Positions 38,891 to 51,793 of a stretch of DNA of 64,000 nucleotides are shown in pieces. Each line of letters begins with the position of its first letter. Positions within the stretch are counted from its first letter, which is position 1. The notes beneath the pieces were generated by a model, which was not told the DNA's origin, ran no database searches, and saw nothing but the letters and a program-made list of their open reading frames with translations. The stretch lies in contig CM059451.1 of assembly GCA_030390025.1 (NCBI GenBank), forward strand, positions 1,612,001 through 1,676,000, written 5' to 3'. This stretch comes from Squalus acanthias (taxonomy: Eukaryota). A program made the translations under genes and the position numbers.

Positions 38891-40056
38891 TTAGAGCAGG
38901 AGACGGTGCGATGAGTCTCGACTTCAACACAGTGAGGATACAGGGAAGGAGGACGCGTGTCGGATGGTGTATTGGGTGTATGGGGAACAAGAGAGAAAGT
39001 TTTGAGGAGCATAATGACCATAGAATCATTGACATAGAGAGAGACAAGAGAGATTGTGAGGGAGAGAATGAGGTTGAACAAATAATAAACGGAGGAGAAA
39101 TAAGCATTACCACATGTACCATGTTTCAATGCAAAATAATTTCAATCAGTGGTTTCAACTAATTTTTCTTCGCTACGCAAATGCTAATTAAAATGATTTT
39201 CGCTCACACATTGTGTAACCTAGCAACGAAAGATTCAGCAATCAGTGATGCGCAGTTAAATGGGAACTGTAAAGTATTTATTATCCATTTTATTATATAT
39301 TGTGGCACCATTATGAATACAAATTAATTTCTTCCTGCTACCGACTCCTGTTGCATGAAGCAACAGGCCAGGAAGGCAGCTCGGTGACTTGTTGCTCGGC
39401 CTCTCTCTATGCCACTCTGAAGCTAGTCACTAGGAGGTGTGTAAGAGCAGTGTAACTCTCTGCCCTTCTCCCTCTTGGCTTATTGCCAAGACCAGGGAGC
39501 GTCACACTCCGGAGAAGCTACCTGTACAGTGACACCCTACAGCCCACTCTCAAGCTGTCATTTTGGACATCCTCAGTTAAATCAGAGGCTTTTGGGAAAG
39601 TGAAAACGGAGACAACAGATAAAATGCAGTTACCCTGAGGGCATTTTTAAGTAAATCAATCACCAATCAACATCACTAAAGCAGATGATCTGGTCATTAC
39701 CTCATTGCTGTTTATGGGAGCTTGCTGTGTGCAAATTGGCTGCCCCGTTTCCTACATAACCGTGACTACACTTCAAAGCTACATCATTGGATGTAAAGTG
39801 CTTTGGGATGTCCCGAGGTCGTGCAAGGCGCTATAGAAATGCGAGTCTTTCTTTCTTTCTTTAAATCATTTTCAAAGACTTCACAGGATTGATCGGAGGG
39901 AGCCGTTTCAGTATGGAGAGCGTAGTAACTGCCAGCTCCCCCAAGCTCCGCAGAACTATTTAGTCGTGTGTGTGAAGGGGTCTTGAGACTGCTCGCACTG
40001 CACAGCCCAGCTGATATTAACTTGTGAGATGCTGGCAATGTCTTACTATATGGGCA

Positions 40057-40330
40057 TGATGCGGAGATGCCAGTGTTGGACTGGGGTGGAAAAATGTGAG
40101 AAGTCGCACAACACCAGGTTATAGTCCAATAGCTTTATTTGAAATCACAAGCTTTCGGAGCGCTGCTCCTTCGTCAAGTGAAGTGAAGAGATGCATATAG
40201 GCACAGCATATATAGTCAGAGAACACTGCCAGATGATTATAGTTAATCTTTCCAACTGCCCTTTATCACACCTCGGCAGAGAGATAATCACGGCAATCAA
40301 AGGTGTGGATGGTGTCCAAACAGTTCAGTC
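40057..40330 (-). mobile_element. Penelope-like 3' terminus, second family
   Basis: Same pLTR and extension as the 34355 element; hammerhead core reads UUGACGA. Confidence 0.75.
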
Positions 40331-41754
40331 AGGAAAACATTTGTGGGAGGGAAGAGGTGACATTGTCCAACTTTCGACCTGATGATAAGAAGGCTCTGAC
40401 AAGTCAATCTAGCCTGGGGTCGCCAACTCTGACTGGACGTATTCCTGGAGGTTATATCACATGACCTCCCCCCCTCCATCCACCCTGCCCGGTCAAACAG
40501 CCTTTTTTCCCTCATCTCCAATACGGACATACAGGAAAAGACCAGCTGGTCCATCAAGCCTGCCCCACCTCATGATGGCCAGGGCAGCAAGACCAAAGAC
40601 TTCCCCCTTCCCACCCGCCACACCTCTCCTGGGAGAGGTGAAAAAACCCAGGGCCAATAAGGGAAAAAATACTCTGGAAAATTGATTCTCCTGAGGCAAT
40701 CAAGACCAGTCCAAATATTTTTATAACTAATAATTGAAAGTGTTCAAAAGAAAAAAAACACCATTTTTTAACGCCCCTATGATCTTTCCCAGGTTTGCTC
40801 GCAATTCCTGGAGACACCAGGGCAATCCCGGCGGGTTGGCAACCCGAATCTAGCCCCAAACTGTCTCTCCTGTCTGGCTGGAGCAGAATAAAAGAACTTG
40901 CATTCAAATAGCATTTTATCAAGTCCTCAGGAGATTGCAAAGCATTTCGTACCCAATTAATTGCTTTTGAGGTGTAGTCATTGGTGTTATGTCGCCAAGT
41001 CACACACCATCCTGACTTGGAAGTATATCGCCAATTCTTCATCGTCGCTGGGTCAAAATCCTGGAACTCCCTCCCTAACAGCACTGTGGAAGTACCTTCA
41101 CCACACGGACTGCAGCGGTTCAAGAAGGCAGCTCACCACCACCTTCTCAAGGGCAATTAGGGATGGGCAATAAATGCTGGCCTTGCCAGCGACACCCACA
41201 TCCCACAAACGAATAAAAAAAAATGCTGCAGCCAATTTGCACACAGCAAGGTCCCACAAACAGAAATGGGAAAAATGACTAGTTAATCTGTTTTGACGGT
41301 GAGGATTAAGGAATGAATGTAGGCCAGGACCCCCTGCTGTTCTTCTACTAGCACCGTGGGATCTTTTACACCCACCTAATCAGGCAGACAGGGCCTCGGT
41401 TTAACGTCTCATCCAAAAGAGGGCACCGCTGACAGTGCTGCGCTCCCTCAATACTGCTCTGAAGTGTCAGCCTGGATTGCACGATTAAGTCCTCGAGTGA
41501 GACTCGAGCTCGCCATCTCCTGACTCATGAGCAAGCAAGAGCGCTACCACTGAACCAAGTTGACACGCCTGCCTGAGAGATGAGAAAATGGAGGCCGGGC
41601 TTTTCTGCTTCTGTGTTTAGCGGCCTTCAATTTTATGACCATTCGTGAACTCACAGAAAACCACGAGCTGGCGTGTGCAGAGGTGGAAGAAGACGGCCAG
41701 AATTGTAGGTCGAACACAAAAACAAAAGGGAAAGCTGATCCACACAGTCATTAC

Positions 41755-41946
41755 CTTAATACTGTTCTTGAAGAGATAACCTGGCAGTGAAAATCCCTTC
41801 TTCTTATCCAGTGGCTCACTGAAGATCACTATCTGTTCAAAGAGGAAAACTCGCCGTTCTTTGCTGCGGGACAGAAAGCTAGCATCTTGTTCGATCACGT
41901 GAAAGGTGTCCTGTTGAAGGAGCTTTCCCTGAGCTGTGATTTTGCC
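41755..41946 (-). CDS. ARHGEF25: ARHGEF25 PH-domain exon
   Basis: 192 nt, GKITAQGKLLQQDTFHVIEQDASFLSRSKERRVFLFEQIVIFSEPLDKKKGFSLPGYLFKNSIK; canonical sites; overlaps ORF 41617..41898. Confidence 0.92.
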
Positions 41947-42989
41947 CTGGAGGAGGAAGGAATGGAGTACATGTCAGGTTGTGGTGAGACGTGGCAATTC
42001 AACATTAAGAGGAATGAGAGGAGGAGCGGGAGGAGGAATGAAAAACACAACAAACCTGAGCCTAACTTCTTGGGTCATTTTGACTTTGGGCGACGGTGTA
42101 AAACGGTCGACATCGGATCATCTGCCCGTTATACATCTCTCCCCATTTTCAGCTCTGTTTATTTCAGTCGGGGAACGATGTATCCAGTCGGGGCAGCTGA
42201 TCCAATATTGTCCGTTATACACTATCGCCCATAGTCAAAACGACCTCCCTTGACTTTAAAGGGACTATGTCAGGAGGAACTTTCGGGTTGCAAACCAGAA
42301 ATCCCTGTTTCCCGAGTTTCAGAGAATCAGCATTGGTGAGAAGATGTGAAATGCCAACACAGCTTTTTATTATAATTTTATTATTTCATTTCCTCTCCCT
42401 CTTTAGGTTCCTTGGCATATGTCAGGGGACCTTCTCCCAATGCCACTTTGGATAACTAGCTGTTTACTTCCCTTCTTCTTGGGGAGAACCACTTGCAAGA
42501 GTTGAAACTCATGGACACTAAACCGCGTTCAATTATCCTGTGGAACTGGGTGTTGGTCCTACAATGCACGACAACACTCCAATAGTGTCCCCTTTCAACA
42601 CTGAACTTCTAGGTCCAGTACTTCCCCAAATCTAAGAGATGATAGACCAGACAGTGCAGGAAGGAGTCTTTACAAGGCTTGTTAACAAGCTTTTGCTAGC
42701 AATGTATCTACAGACAAGTCCTAGGGGGAAAAATTCGGTATCGCCCATTTTGGGATGCTAATATCGGCCGGGCGCAACGTTTAGCGCCCGGCGCTAATAA
42801 GAACATAAGAAATAGGAGCAGGAGTAGGCCAATCGGCCCCTCGAGCCTGCTCCGCCATTCAATAAGATCATGGCTGATCTGATCCTAACCTCAAATCTAA
42901 AGAACACAAGAAGTAGGAGCAGGACCCGACCACTCAGCCCCTGGGCCCGCTCCGCCACCCACAGGGCCCTGACCGATCCGAACTCAGCC

Positions 42990-45870
42990 TCATGTCCGCT
43001 CACCGTAACCCCTAATTCCCTTTACCTCTAGGAAACTATCTATTTCTGTTTTAAATTTATTTAATGATGTAGCTTCCACAGCTTCCTGGGGCAGCAAATT
43101 CCACAGACCTACTACCCTCTGAGTGAAGAAGTTTCTCCTCATCTCAGTTTTGAAAGAGTAGCCCCTTATTCTAAGATTATGCCCCCTAGTTCTAGTTTCA
43201 CCCATCCTTGGGAACATCCTTACCGCATCCACCCGATCAAGCCCCTTCACAATCTTATATGTTTCAATAAGATCGCCTCTCATTCTTCTGAACTCCAATG
43301 AGTAGAGTCCCAATCTACTCAACCTCTCCTCATATGTCCACCCCCTCATCCCCGGGATTAACCGAGTGAACCTTCTTTGTACTGCCTCGAGAGCAAGTAT
43401 GTCTTTTCTTAAGTATGGACACCAAAACTGTACGCAGTATTCCAGGTGCGGTCTCACCAATACCTTATATAACTGCAGCAATACCTCCCTGTTTTTATAA
43501 TCTATCCCCCTAGCAATAAAAGCCAACATTCCGTTGGCCTTCTTGATCACCTGCTGCACCTGCATACTAACTTTTTGATTTTCTTGCACTAGGACCCCCA
43601 GATCCCTTTGTACTGCAGTACTTTCCAGTTTCTCGCCATTAAGATAATAACTTGCTCTCTGATTTTTCCTGCCAAAGTGCATAACCTCACATTTTCCAAT
43701 ATTGTATTGCATCTGCCAAATCTCCGCCCACTCACCCAGCCTGTCTATATCCCCTTGTAGGTTTTTTATGTCCTCCTCACTTTCTACTTTCCCTCCCATC
43801 TTTGTATCATCTGCAAACTTTGATATGTTACACTCGGTCCCCTCCTCCAAATCGTTAATATAGATTGTAAAGAGTTGGGGACCCAGCACCGACCCCTGCT
43901 GAACACCACTGGCTACTGGTTGCCAGTCCGAGAATGAACCATTTATCCCAACTCTCTGCTTCCTGTTAGATAACCAATCCTCCACCCATGCCAGAATATT
44001 ACCCCCAATCCAGTGATTTTTTATCTTGAGCAATAATCTTTCATGTGGCACCTTGTCGAATGCCTTCTGGAAGTCTAAATACACTACGTCCACTGGTTCC
44101 CCTTTATCCACCCTGTATGTTATGTCCTCAAAGAACTCAAGCAAATTTGTCAGACATGACTTCCCCTTCATAAAGCCATGCTGACTTTGTCCTATTAAAT
44201 TATGTTTATCTAAATGTTCCGTTACTGTCTCCTTAATAATAGACTCCACAATTTTACCCACCACAGATGTTAGGCTAACTGGTCTATAATTTCCAGCCTT
44301 CTGCCTACTACCCTTTTTAAATAAGGGTGTTACATTAGCAGTTTTCCAATCTGCCGGGACCTTTGCTGAGTCCAGGGAATTTTGGAAAATTATTACCAAA
44401 GCATCCACAATCCTTACTGCCACTTCCCTCAAGACCCTAGGATGTAAGCCATCAGGTCCAGGGGATTTATCCGCCTTGAGTCCCATTATTTTACTGAGTA
44501 CCAATTCCTTAGTGATTTTAATCGTATTTAGCTCCTCCCCCCCAGAGCCCCCTGTTTGTCCAGTGTTGGGATATTCTTAGTGTCCTCTACCGTAAAGACT
44601 GAAACAAAATATTTGTTCAGCATTTTTGCCATCTCCATGTTTCCCACCATTAATTTCCCGGTCTCATCCTCTAAGGGACCTACGTTTGCCTTAGCCACCC
44701 TTTTTCTTTTTATATAACCATAGAAACTCTTGCTATCTGTTTTTATATTTTTTGCTAATTTATTTTCATAATCTATCTTCCCTTTCTTAATCAATCCTTT
44801 AGTTACTTTTTGCTGTCTTTTGAAGACTTCCCTATCTTCTATCCTCCCACTAAGTTTGGCTACCTTATATGTCCTTGTTTTTAGTCGGATACTATCCTTA
44901 ATTTCTTTACTTAGCCACGGATGGCTGTCATTTCTTTTACACCCTTTTTTCCTCAGTGGAATATATTTCTTTTGAAAGTTGTAAAATAACTCCTTAAATG
45001 AACACCACTGCTGATGTACCGTCTTACCCTTTAATCTATTTTCCCAGTCCACTTTAATCAATTCCGCTCTCATACCATCATAGTCTCCTTTATTCAAGCT
45101 CAGTACGCTTGTTTGAGAACCAACCGTCTCACTCTCTAATTGGATATGGAATTCAACCATGTTATGGTCACTCATTCCAAGGGGATCCTTAACTAGGACA
45201 TTATTAATTAATCCTGACTCATTACACAGGACCAGGTCCAAGGTTGCTTGCCCCCTTGTAGGATCAGTTACATACTGCTCAAGAAATCCATCCCTAATAC
45301 ACTCAATAAACTCTTCCTCAAGGCTGCCCTGCCCAATTTGATTTGTCCAGTTAATATGATAGTTAAAATCCCCCATAATTATAGCTGTTCCCTTATTACA
45401 TGCCCCAACTATTTCCTGATTAATACTTCTTCCAGCAGAGTTGCAACTATTAGGAGGCCTATATACTACTCCCACTAGTGTTTTTTCCCCTTATTATTCC
45501 TTATCTCCACCCAAACTGTTTCATTATCCTGATCCTTTGACCCAATATCATTTCTCTGTATTACAGTGATTCCTTCCTTTATTAACATAGCCACCCCACC
45601 TCCCCTTCTTTCCTGCCTGTCCTTCCTGATTGTTAAATACCCTGGCATATTTAGTTCCCAGTCGTTGTCACCCTGCAGCCATGTTTCTGTGATGGCCACA
45701 AGATCATACCCATACGTAATTATTTGTGCCGTTAACTCGTCCATTTTGTTACGAATGCTACGTGCATTCAGATAAAGAACTTTCAAATATGTTTTGTGAC
45801 ACTTAGTTCCTGCTTTTTCCTTTTTTAACACTTTACCTTTTACTCCATACCTTCTGTCCCTTCCTGACAC
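42990..45870 (-). pseudogene. CR1 ORF2 (AP endonuclease plus reverse transcriptase), split by two frameshifts
   Basis: ORFs 45475-45870 (YLNARS, ITETWL), 44528-45475 (MGDFN, SDHN) and 42990-44504 (KSPGPDG, YLDFQKAFD, QGSVLGP, FADD); breaks lie at homopolymer runs near 45480 and 44535. Confidence 0.92.
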
Positions 45871-45914
45871 GCTTTCCTCTGTCTCCCTGCTCAGGTGCCC
45901 AACCCCCTGCCACT

Positions 45915-46865
45915 TCAGTTTAAACCCTCCCCAACAGCACTAGCAAACACTCCCCCTAGGACAGCGGTCCCGGCCCTGCCCAGGTGCAGACCGTCCGGTT
46001 TGTACTGGTCCCACCTCCCCCAGAACCGGTTCCAATGTCCCAGGAATTTGAATCCCTCCCCCTTGAACCATTCCTCTAGCCACGTATTCATTTGAAATAT
46101 CCTCCTATTTCTACTCTGACTAGCATGTGGCACTGGTAGCAATCCTGAGATTACTACCTTTGAGCTCCTATTTTTTAATTTACCTCCTAACTCCCTATAT
46201 TCTGCTTTTAGGACCTCATCCCCTTTTTTACCTATATCGTTGGTGCCTATGTGCACCACGACAGCTGGCTGTTCGCCCTCCCCCTCCAAAATGTTCTGTA
46301 GCCGCTCCGAGACGTCCTTGACCCTTGCACCAGGGAGGCAACACACCATCCTGGAGTCTCGGTTGCGGCCGCAGAAACGCCTATCTATTCCCCTTACAAT
46401 TGAGTCCCCTATCACTATAGCTCTTCCACTCTTTTTCCTCCCAGCCTGTGCAGCAGAGCCACCCATGGTGCCAGGAAGTTGGCTGCTGCTGCCTTCCCCT
46501 GATAAGTCATCCCCCCCAACAGTATTCAAAGTGGTATATCTGTTTGAGAGGGGGATGTCCACAGGGGACCCCTGCACTACCTGCCTGCACCTCTTACTCT
46601 GCCTGGTGGTCACCCATTTACTTCCTGCCTGTACACCCTTTGCCTGCGGTGTGACCAACTCGCTAAACGTGCTATTCACGAGGTTCTCAGCATCGCGAAT
46701 GCTCCAATACGCATCCAATCGCAGCTCCAGCGCCGTAATGCAGTCTGCCAGTAGCTGTAGCTGGATACACTTCCTGCACACATGGTTGTCAAGGACACCG
46801 GAAGGGTCCCTGATTTCCCACATAGCACAGGAGGAGCATACCACGGGGCCGAGCACTCCTGCCAT
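45915..46865 (-). CDS. CR1 ORF1 protein (Cys-rich zinc-finger/coiled coil plus SGNH esterase-like domain)
   Basis: Open 316-aa ORF with CSSC...CRKC, IVIGDSIVR, CLPGARV, HIGTND and DGLHL motifs typical of CR1 ORF1 esterases. Confidence 0.9.
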   Translation of the reverse strand: MAGVLGPVVCSSCAMWEIRDPSGVLDNHVCRKCIQLQLLADCITALELRLDAYWSIRDAENLVNSTFSELVTPQAKGVQAGSKWVTTRQSKRCRQVVQGSPVDIPLSNRYTTLNTVGGDDLSGEGSSSQLPGTMGGSAAQAGRKKSGRAIVIGDSIVRGIDRRFCGRNRDSRMVCCLPGARVKDVSERLQNILEGEGEQPAVVVHIGTNDIGKKGDEVLKAEYRELGGKLKNRSSKVVISGLLPVPHASQSRNRRIFQMNTWLEEWFKGEGFKFLGHWNRFWGRWDQYKPDGLHLGRAGTAVLGGVFASAVGEGLN

Positions 46866-47844
46866 GACTTACCCTTTAATTAATTCAAATTAAATTAAAA
46901 CAAATCAATCCCACCAATTGCGCTACAGTTAAATGATATACTTAAGGGCCCTGGTTTACCAACAGTCCCCGCTACACCACAGAGAGCTTAGAAACTATAA
47001 ACCACAGAGTTTAAGTTTAAAAAGAGAGAAATACTCACCAACCAATCACTTACCTGCTTTCTGGTGACGTCACACTTCGATTACTTTTTACTTCTCTAAT
47101 TATCGCCTCCGACTGCAAAATTCGCCTCTATCGCCCCTGGAGGTGATTGGAGCGCTAAATCAGGCGCTACACCCCTCTCTTAAGGCACAAACGTCAGGGA
47201 GTGAGGCGCTACCTCAGAACGCTACCGAAGCTCAGACGATGTCCGTTACCATGGAAGCCAGACACACTGGCGCCGTCCAGTTCTTAAAGGGGAGGGGCCA
47301 TCTTGCTGGCCAGCCACACCCTGCTCATTGCAGCCTTGAATCTCGGCCTGGAGAGACCTCGAAAGCAATTGTGTTGGAAGCACTAATGGATAGGCCCAGG
47401 GAAAGAGCTCGGCACTTAGGAACCTCAAAAGTGGTGCTGAGTGCCAAAACTCCTTAGGACAGCGTTAAAACCAAAAATCTTGCCGGCAGGAAGTGCCCGC
47501 CTTTAAATAGTGCTCCCCCAGCCCCTTCCCGACTTGAAAACATTACCCTCTACCTGTTGTTCCTAGCGGAAGGCGCTAAGGCAGGGGGCGCGACTCAATA
47601 TCCGGTCCGGGACGTTGCACGCTTGACTGACGTCACGATCTGCGGGCGCAGGAGACCGTGGCGGTAGTGTTTAGCGCCGCCGAAAAACGACTGGTCAATT
47701 TCGCGAGCGCCGCTAAAATCGGCGCGCTCGGGCGCTAAGTTCCTAGCGCCACCCCAGAGGCGCTAACGGGAGGCGCTAACCAACCAAATTTTTCCCCCCT
47801 ACAGTCTCCGTCTAATGAGGAAAGGAAATGAAACCAAGACTTAC

Positions 47845-47922
47845 CTCAAAGCCCTGTAAACGTCCCACATTCATCATATCATTGCACCGTCTGGGTACGA
47901 AGCACATCACCTCAACAGCTTT
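47845..47922 (-). CDS. ARHGEF25: ARHGEF25 DH/PH linker exon
   Basis: 78 nt, KAVEVMCFVPRRCNDMMNVGRLQGFE; donor gtaagt. Confidence 0.92.
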
Positions 47923-48271
47923 CTACAAAGTGAAAACATCACAGGATCTAAATATATACAAAAGCTTAGGTTTGTCTTTTCTACATTGACATTTCTGCCA
48001 TGTCATTTTACGGGGATGAGTTTGTTGTGTTATACGGTGATGTTTTCTGCTGCATTGTATTTTACTGCACTGCAGTCTCGAGGGGCTGTATGGCCTACTC
48101 CTGCACCTATTTCTTGTGCTCTCCTATTTCCTGTTTCTTGTGTCTAACTGTGCTGTGTCATGTTGTATTGTACAAAAGTGGCAATGGATTAAGACGTAAC
48201 TGACATCACAAAATCACAGTTGGGTCTGTAAACCTTCAACATGAATCTAGGATGTTATTAGCGCCTATTTG

Positions 48272-48660
48272 TCAGCCTTGGCTCAGTGGAAGCACTGAGA
48301 TGTCAGAAGGTTGTGGGTTCAAGTCCCACTCCTAAGACTTGAGCCCATAATCTAGGCTGACACTCCAATGCAGTACTGAGGGAGTGCGGCACTGTCAGAG
48401 GTGCCATCTTTTGGACGAGACATTAAACTGCTCTCTCAGGTGGATGTAAAAAACCCCATGGCACTATTTCTAAGAAGAGCTGGGGAGTTCTCCCCATTAT
48501 CCTAGACAAAAGCAGATTATCTGGTCAATATCTCATTACTCTTTGTGGGACCTTGCTGTGCGCAAATTGGCTGCTGGTTTTCCCTACATTTCAATGGTAC
48601 GTCATTGGTGAGGTAGCGCTTTGGGAGATCCTGAGGTCGTGAAAGGCGTGATATAAATTC
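48272..48660 (+). mobile_element. tRNA-derived Deu-domain SINE
   Basis: Full head, Deu core and tail; related copies or fragments at about 30850-31100(-), 33880-34150(-), 39660-39860(+), 41225-41560(-), 58920-59120(-), 62900-63155(+). Confidence 0.82.
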
Positions 48661-48682
48661 TGTCTTTACCTTTTTACCTCAA

Positions 48683-49248
48683 TGTACTGTATTCGCTGCT
48701 CACGATGCGGTCTCCTCTACATTGGGGAGACCAAATGCAGATTGGGTGACCGCTTTGCGGAACACCTCCGTTCAGTCCGTAAGGGTGACCCCGAGCTCCC
48801 GGTCGCCTGTCACTTTAATTCTCCGCTCCACTCCCGCTCTGACCTTTCTGTCCTCGGCCTCTTACACTGTTCCAATGAAGCTCAATGTAAGCTCGAAGAA
48901 CAGCACCTCATCTTTCGATTAGGCACTTTACAGCCTTCTGGACTCAACATTGAGTTCAACAATTTCAGACTATAACCCCTGCCCCCATTCTTCAGGCTGT
49001 ATTATTCTGCCATCCCCATTTGCAACATTTAATCTCTCCTGCCTCCTACCCGAGCACAGACTATTCCTGCAGTTCCTTCCTCCCCTCCCCTCCTCCTCTC
49101 CCTGCCTCTGCGCCTGCTTAAAATCTGTCACATCTCTAACCTTTTCCAGTTCTAACGAAGGATCACAGACCTGAAACGTTAACTCTGTTTCTCTCTCCAC
49201 GGATGCTGCCTGGCCTGCTGAGTGTTTCCAGCATTTTCTGTTGTTATT
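48683..49248 (+). mobile_element. 5'-truncated Penelope-like element (GIY-YIG endonuclease C-terminus plus pLTR)
   Basis: YCIRCSRCGLLYIGETKCRLGDRFAEH...HF...E...LGTLQPSGLNIEF; hammerhead core mutated to CUAACGA. Confidence 0.92.
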
Positions 49249-50217
49249 TGAGAAAGTTCAAGTAGTTGAACTGTGCAATATGTTGGAGTGGGAGGTACTC
49301 CACAGCAATGTCCCCTGTAAATTTTTTTTGGGTGCGTAGGCCCTTTAACTGGCTGCGCGTCCCATTCAATTTTTTGTGCAAGCGCGGTTATTACCATTGT
49401 AAAGCCGGTGAGCGGCCTGCGCGGGACCTCCAGACCGCTGCGTGGCCGCGCGGCTTAATGGGAACATTGCTCCACAGTAGACAGGACGTGACTGTAGGGA
49501 CGCTATAATTTTACACAATTAAAGGGGAAGGAGCGTCTGAGGGAGCAGGTGTTGTTTAAAGCCCCCTCCTCCAACATGTAGGTAAAACAAATACAAATTA
49601 TTAAAATATTTCTTGTTATTTTTAAATCTGCATCAGGAGATGATTTCAGCAAGATGTCAAGGTGGATACAGACAAGGGAGGTGAAATCATTAGATTCATT
49701 CGTGATCCAGTTAGGTGAAGCTAACTTGAAACGCCATAGCATACAAGGCTACGGACCAAGTGCTGGAAAATGGGATTAGAATAGACAGGGCTTGATGGCC
49801 GGCGCGGACACGATGGGCTGAAGGGCCTCTTTCTGTGCTGTATAACTCTATGACTCTATGAAGCACTCTGGAACTCCCTCTCGGAGCCCCTTCACCTGGT
49901 TACCTCTCTCCCCACTCTCCTCAAAGCCTACCTCCTTTGGTTAGGTGCCTTCGGTCACCTCGGCTAACCTTTCTCCCTGTTCCAGCTCGGTATCCAGCAG
50001 CCCGCTGTAAAGTACCTCCGGACGGTTCATTGTGTGAAAGGTGCTGCACAAGTACAACTTGATGTTGGGAGCGCTGCCATTCATATGTAGAGGAAATGAT
50101 TGGAATTACCCAATAAATTTCAGTGGCCCTGAAGTTCTGTGGGGCTTCCACTGGTCTCCTGCTCTAGCTCTGGTGGACCTCCCAGTGATAACAGCCTGGG
50201 GGCAACTTACCAGAGTT

Positions 50218-50750
50218 ACAACAACAACAGCTTGCATTTATATAGCGCCTTTAACGTAGTAAAACATCCCAAGACGCTTCACATAATTTGACACTGACCC
50301 GCATAAGGAGATATTAGGGCAGGCGACCAAAAGCTTGGTCAAAGGTTTTAAAGAGCGTCTTAAAGGAGGAGACGGAGGTAGAGAGGCGGAGAGGTTTAGA
50401 GAGGCAATTCCAGAGCTTAGGGCCTCGGCAGCTGAAGGCACGGCCGCCAATGGTGGAGCGATTATAATCAGGGATGCTCAAGAGGCCAGAATTAGAGGAG
50501 CGCAGAGATCTCGGGGGGGGGGGGGTTGTGGGGCTGGAGGAGGTTACAGAGATAGGGAGGGGACGAGGCCATGGAGGGATTTGAAAACAAGGATGAGAAT
50601 TTTGAAATCGAGGCGTTGCTGGACTGGGAGCCAATGTAGGTCAGCGAGCACAGGGGCGATGGGCGAACGGGACTTGGTGCGAGTTAGGACACGGGCAGCC
50701 GAGTTTTGGATGAGCTGAAGTTTAAGGAGGGTGGAAGGTGGGAGGCCGGA
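50218..50750 (-). mobile_element. L2 LINE 3' fragment
   Basis: RSLRSSNSGLLSIPDYNRSTIGGRAFS...LWN and (GTT)n tail; other L2 pieces at about 7150-7885, 13870-14285, 30490-30850, 32670-33260, 37540-37912. Confidence 0.88.
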
Positions 50751-50815
50751 GATCGGTCGAATATCAAGGCCAGTAAATGTCCACTTTAAATTTGTCCGTC
50801 TAGTAAATACTGTAC

Positions 50816-50866
50816 CTCTAATTGAGTGGTGTCCAGCTCACCCTTCTTAGAATACTTCAGGAAATC
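50816..50866 (-). CDS. ARHGEF25: ARHGEF25 DH-domain exon
   Basis: 51 nt, DFLKYSKKGELDTTQLE; acceptor ttccccgcag, donor gtacag. Confidence 0.88.
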
Positions 50867-51793
50867 CTGCGGGGAAGAAAAACAGAACAGATAACGTAAG
50901 AGTTGCAAATCTGTGTCAGCAATATAAATACTATCAAACAACAGAATGATTACTTTCACACGCCAAGCAACTTCTATTTAATACACAGAGTACTGGGGCA
51001 GCACAGCCAGAAATTCCTCATTTTAACCCATGGGCAATGTGAGGTTGAAGACGGAGGAAATTCTGGTGTGAGCAGCAGCCAACCGTTTGCCCCTGGTTTA
51101 GCACATTCTCCAAAATTCCTCCCCAGCGTCGAGAGTAATAACGGAAATTCCAATGCTTGTTGAAAGGCCAATTAAAGGGACCTCGCACAAGGCGGCAGGG
51201 CTGCAGTATTATTCTCGCTCATGATTCCAGGTAAGTACATGAGGAATAGAAGGTTATACTGATAGGATGAGATGAAGAGGAGAGGGAGGAGGCTCGTGTG
51301 GAGCATAAACACCAGCATGGACCTGTTGGGCCAAATGGCCTGTTTCTGTCCTGTAAATACTGTGTAATATGACTGCATAAGATTTTAAAAAGGCACAGCA
51401 AAACTACATTCATTATTACACCACATGTTCCGTTCAAATACAGTAATACTTCATCACTTTATTACTAAAATAAAGAACATTTTTAAGATATCATGAATAT
51501 GCACTCCAGGTTAGAAGACATCGCCAATCTCAGAGGCACAAATGAATGACGTTTCCTCCTCATTACAGTGTAAAAACATCCACAACTAACGTACAGTGCC
51601 CCTCAAGACACGTGATGTCATTTGCCCCTCACAGCTTACAACATCACTAGCCTGCTGCTGGAGTCGGGTTGTCAACTCTGATTGGACGCATTCCTGGAGG
51701 TAGCATCACATGACCTCCCGCCGCCAACCACCCTGCCTGGTCAAACAGCCTCCCACACCACCCCCCATCTCCAATATTACATAAGAACATAAT

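Larger units (their letters stand above)
42799..47095 (-). mobile_element. Near full-length CR1 LINE (5' UTR, ORF1, frameshifted ORF2, duplicated 3' UTR)
   Basis: ORF1 plus endonuclease/RT ORF2; (TTCTTATG)n tail; ctaat at both junctions (42794-42798, 47096-47100). Confidence 0.95.
42724..47798. mobile_element. PIF/Harbinger-type MITE interrupted by the CR1 LINE
   Basis: TIRs gggggaaaaatt and aatttttccccc with 3-bp TSD CTA (42721-42723, 47799-47801); CpG-rich body with repeated gcgcta. Confidence 0.8.

Noticed and set aside
46240-46893. 217-aa plus-strand ORF
   Set aside because: Antisense shadow of CR1 ORF1
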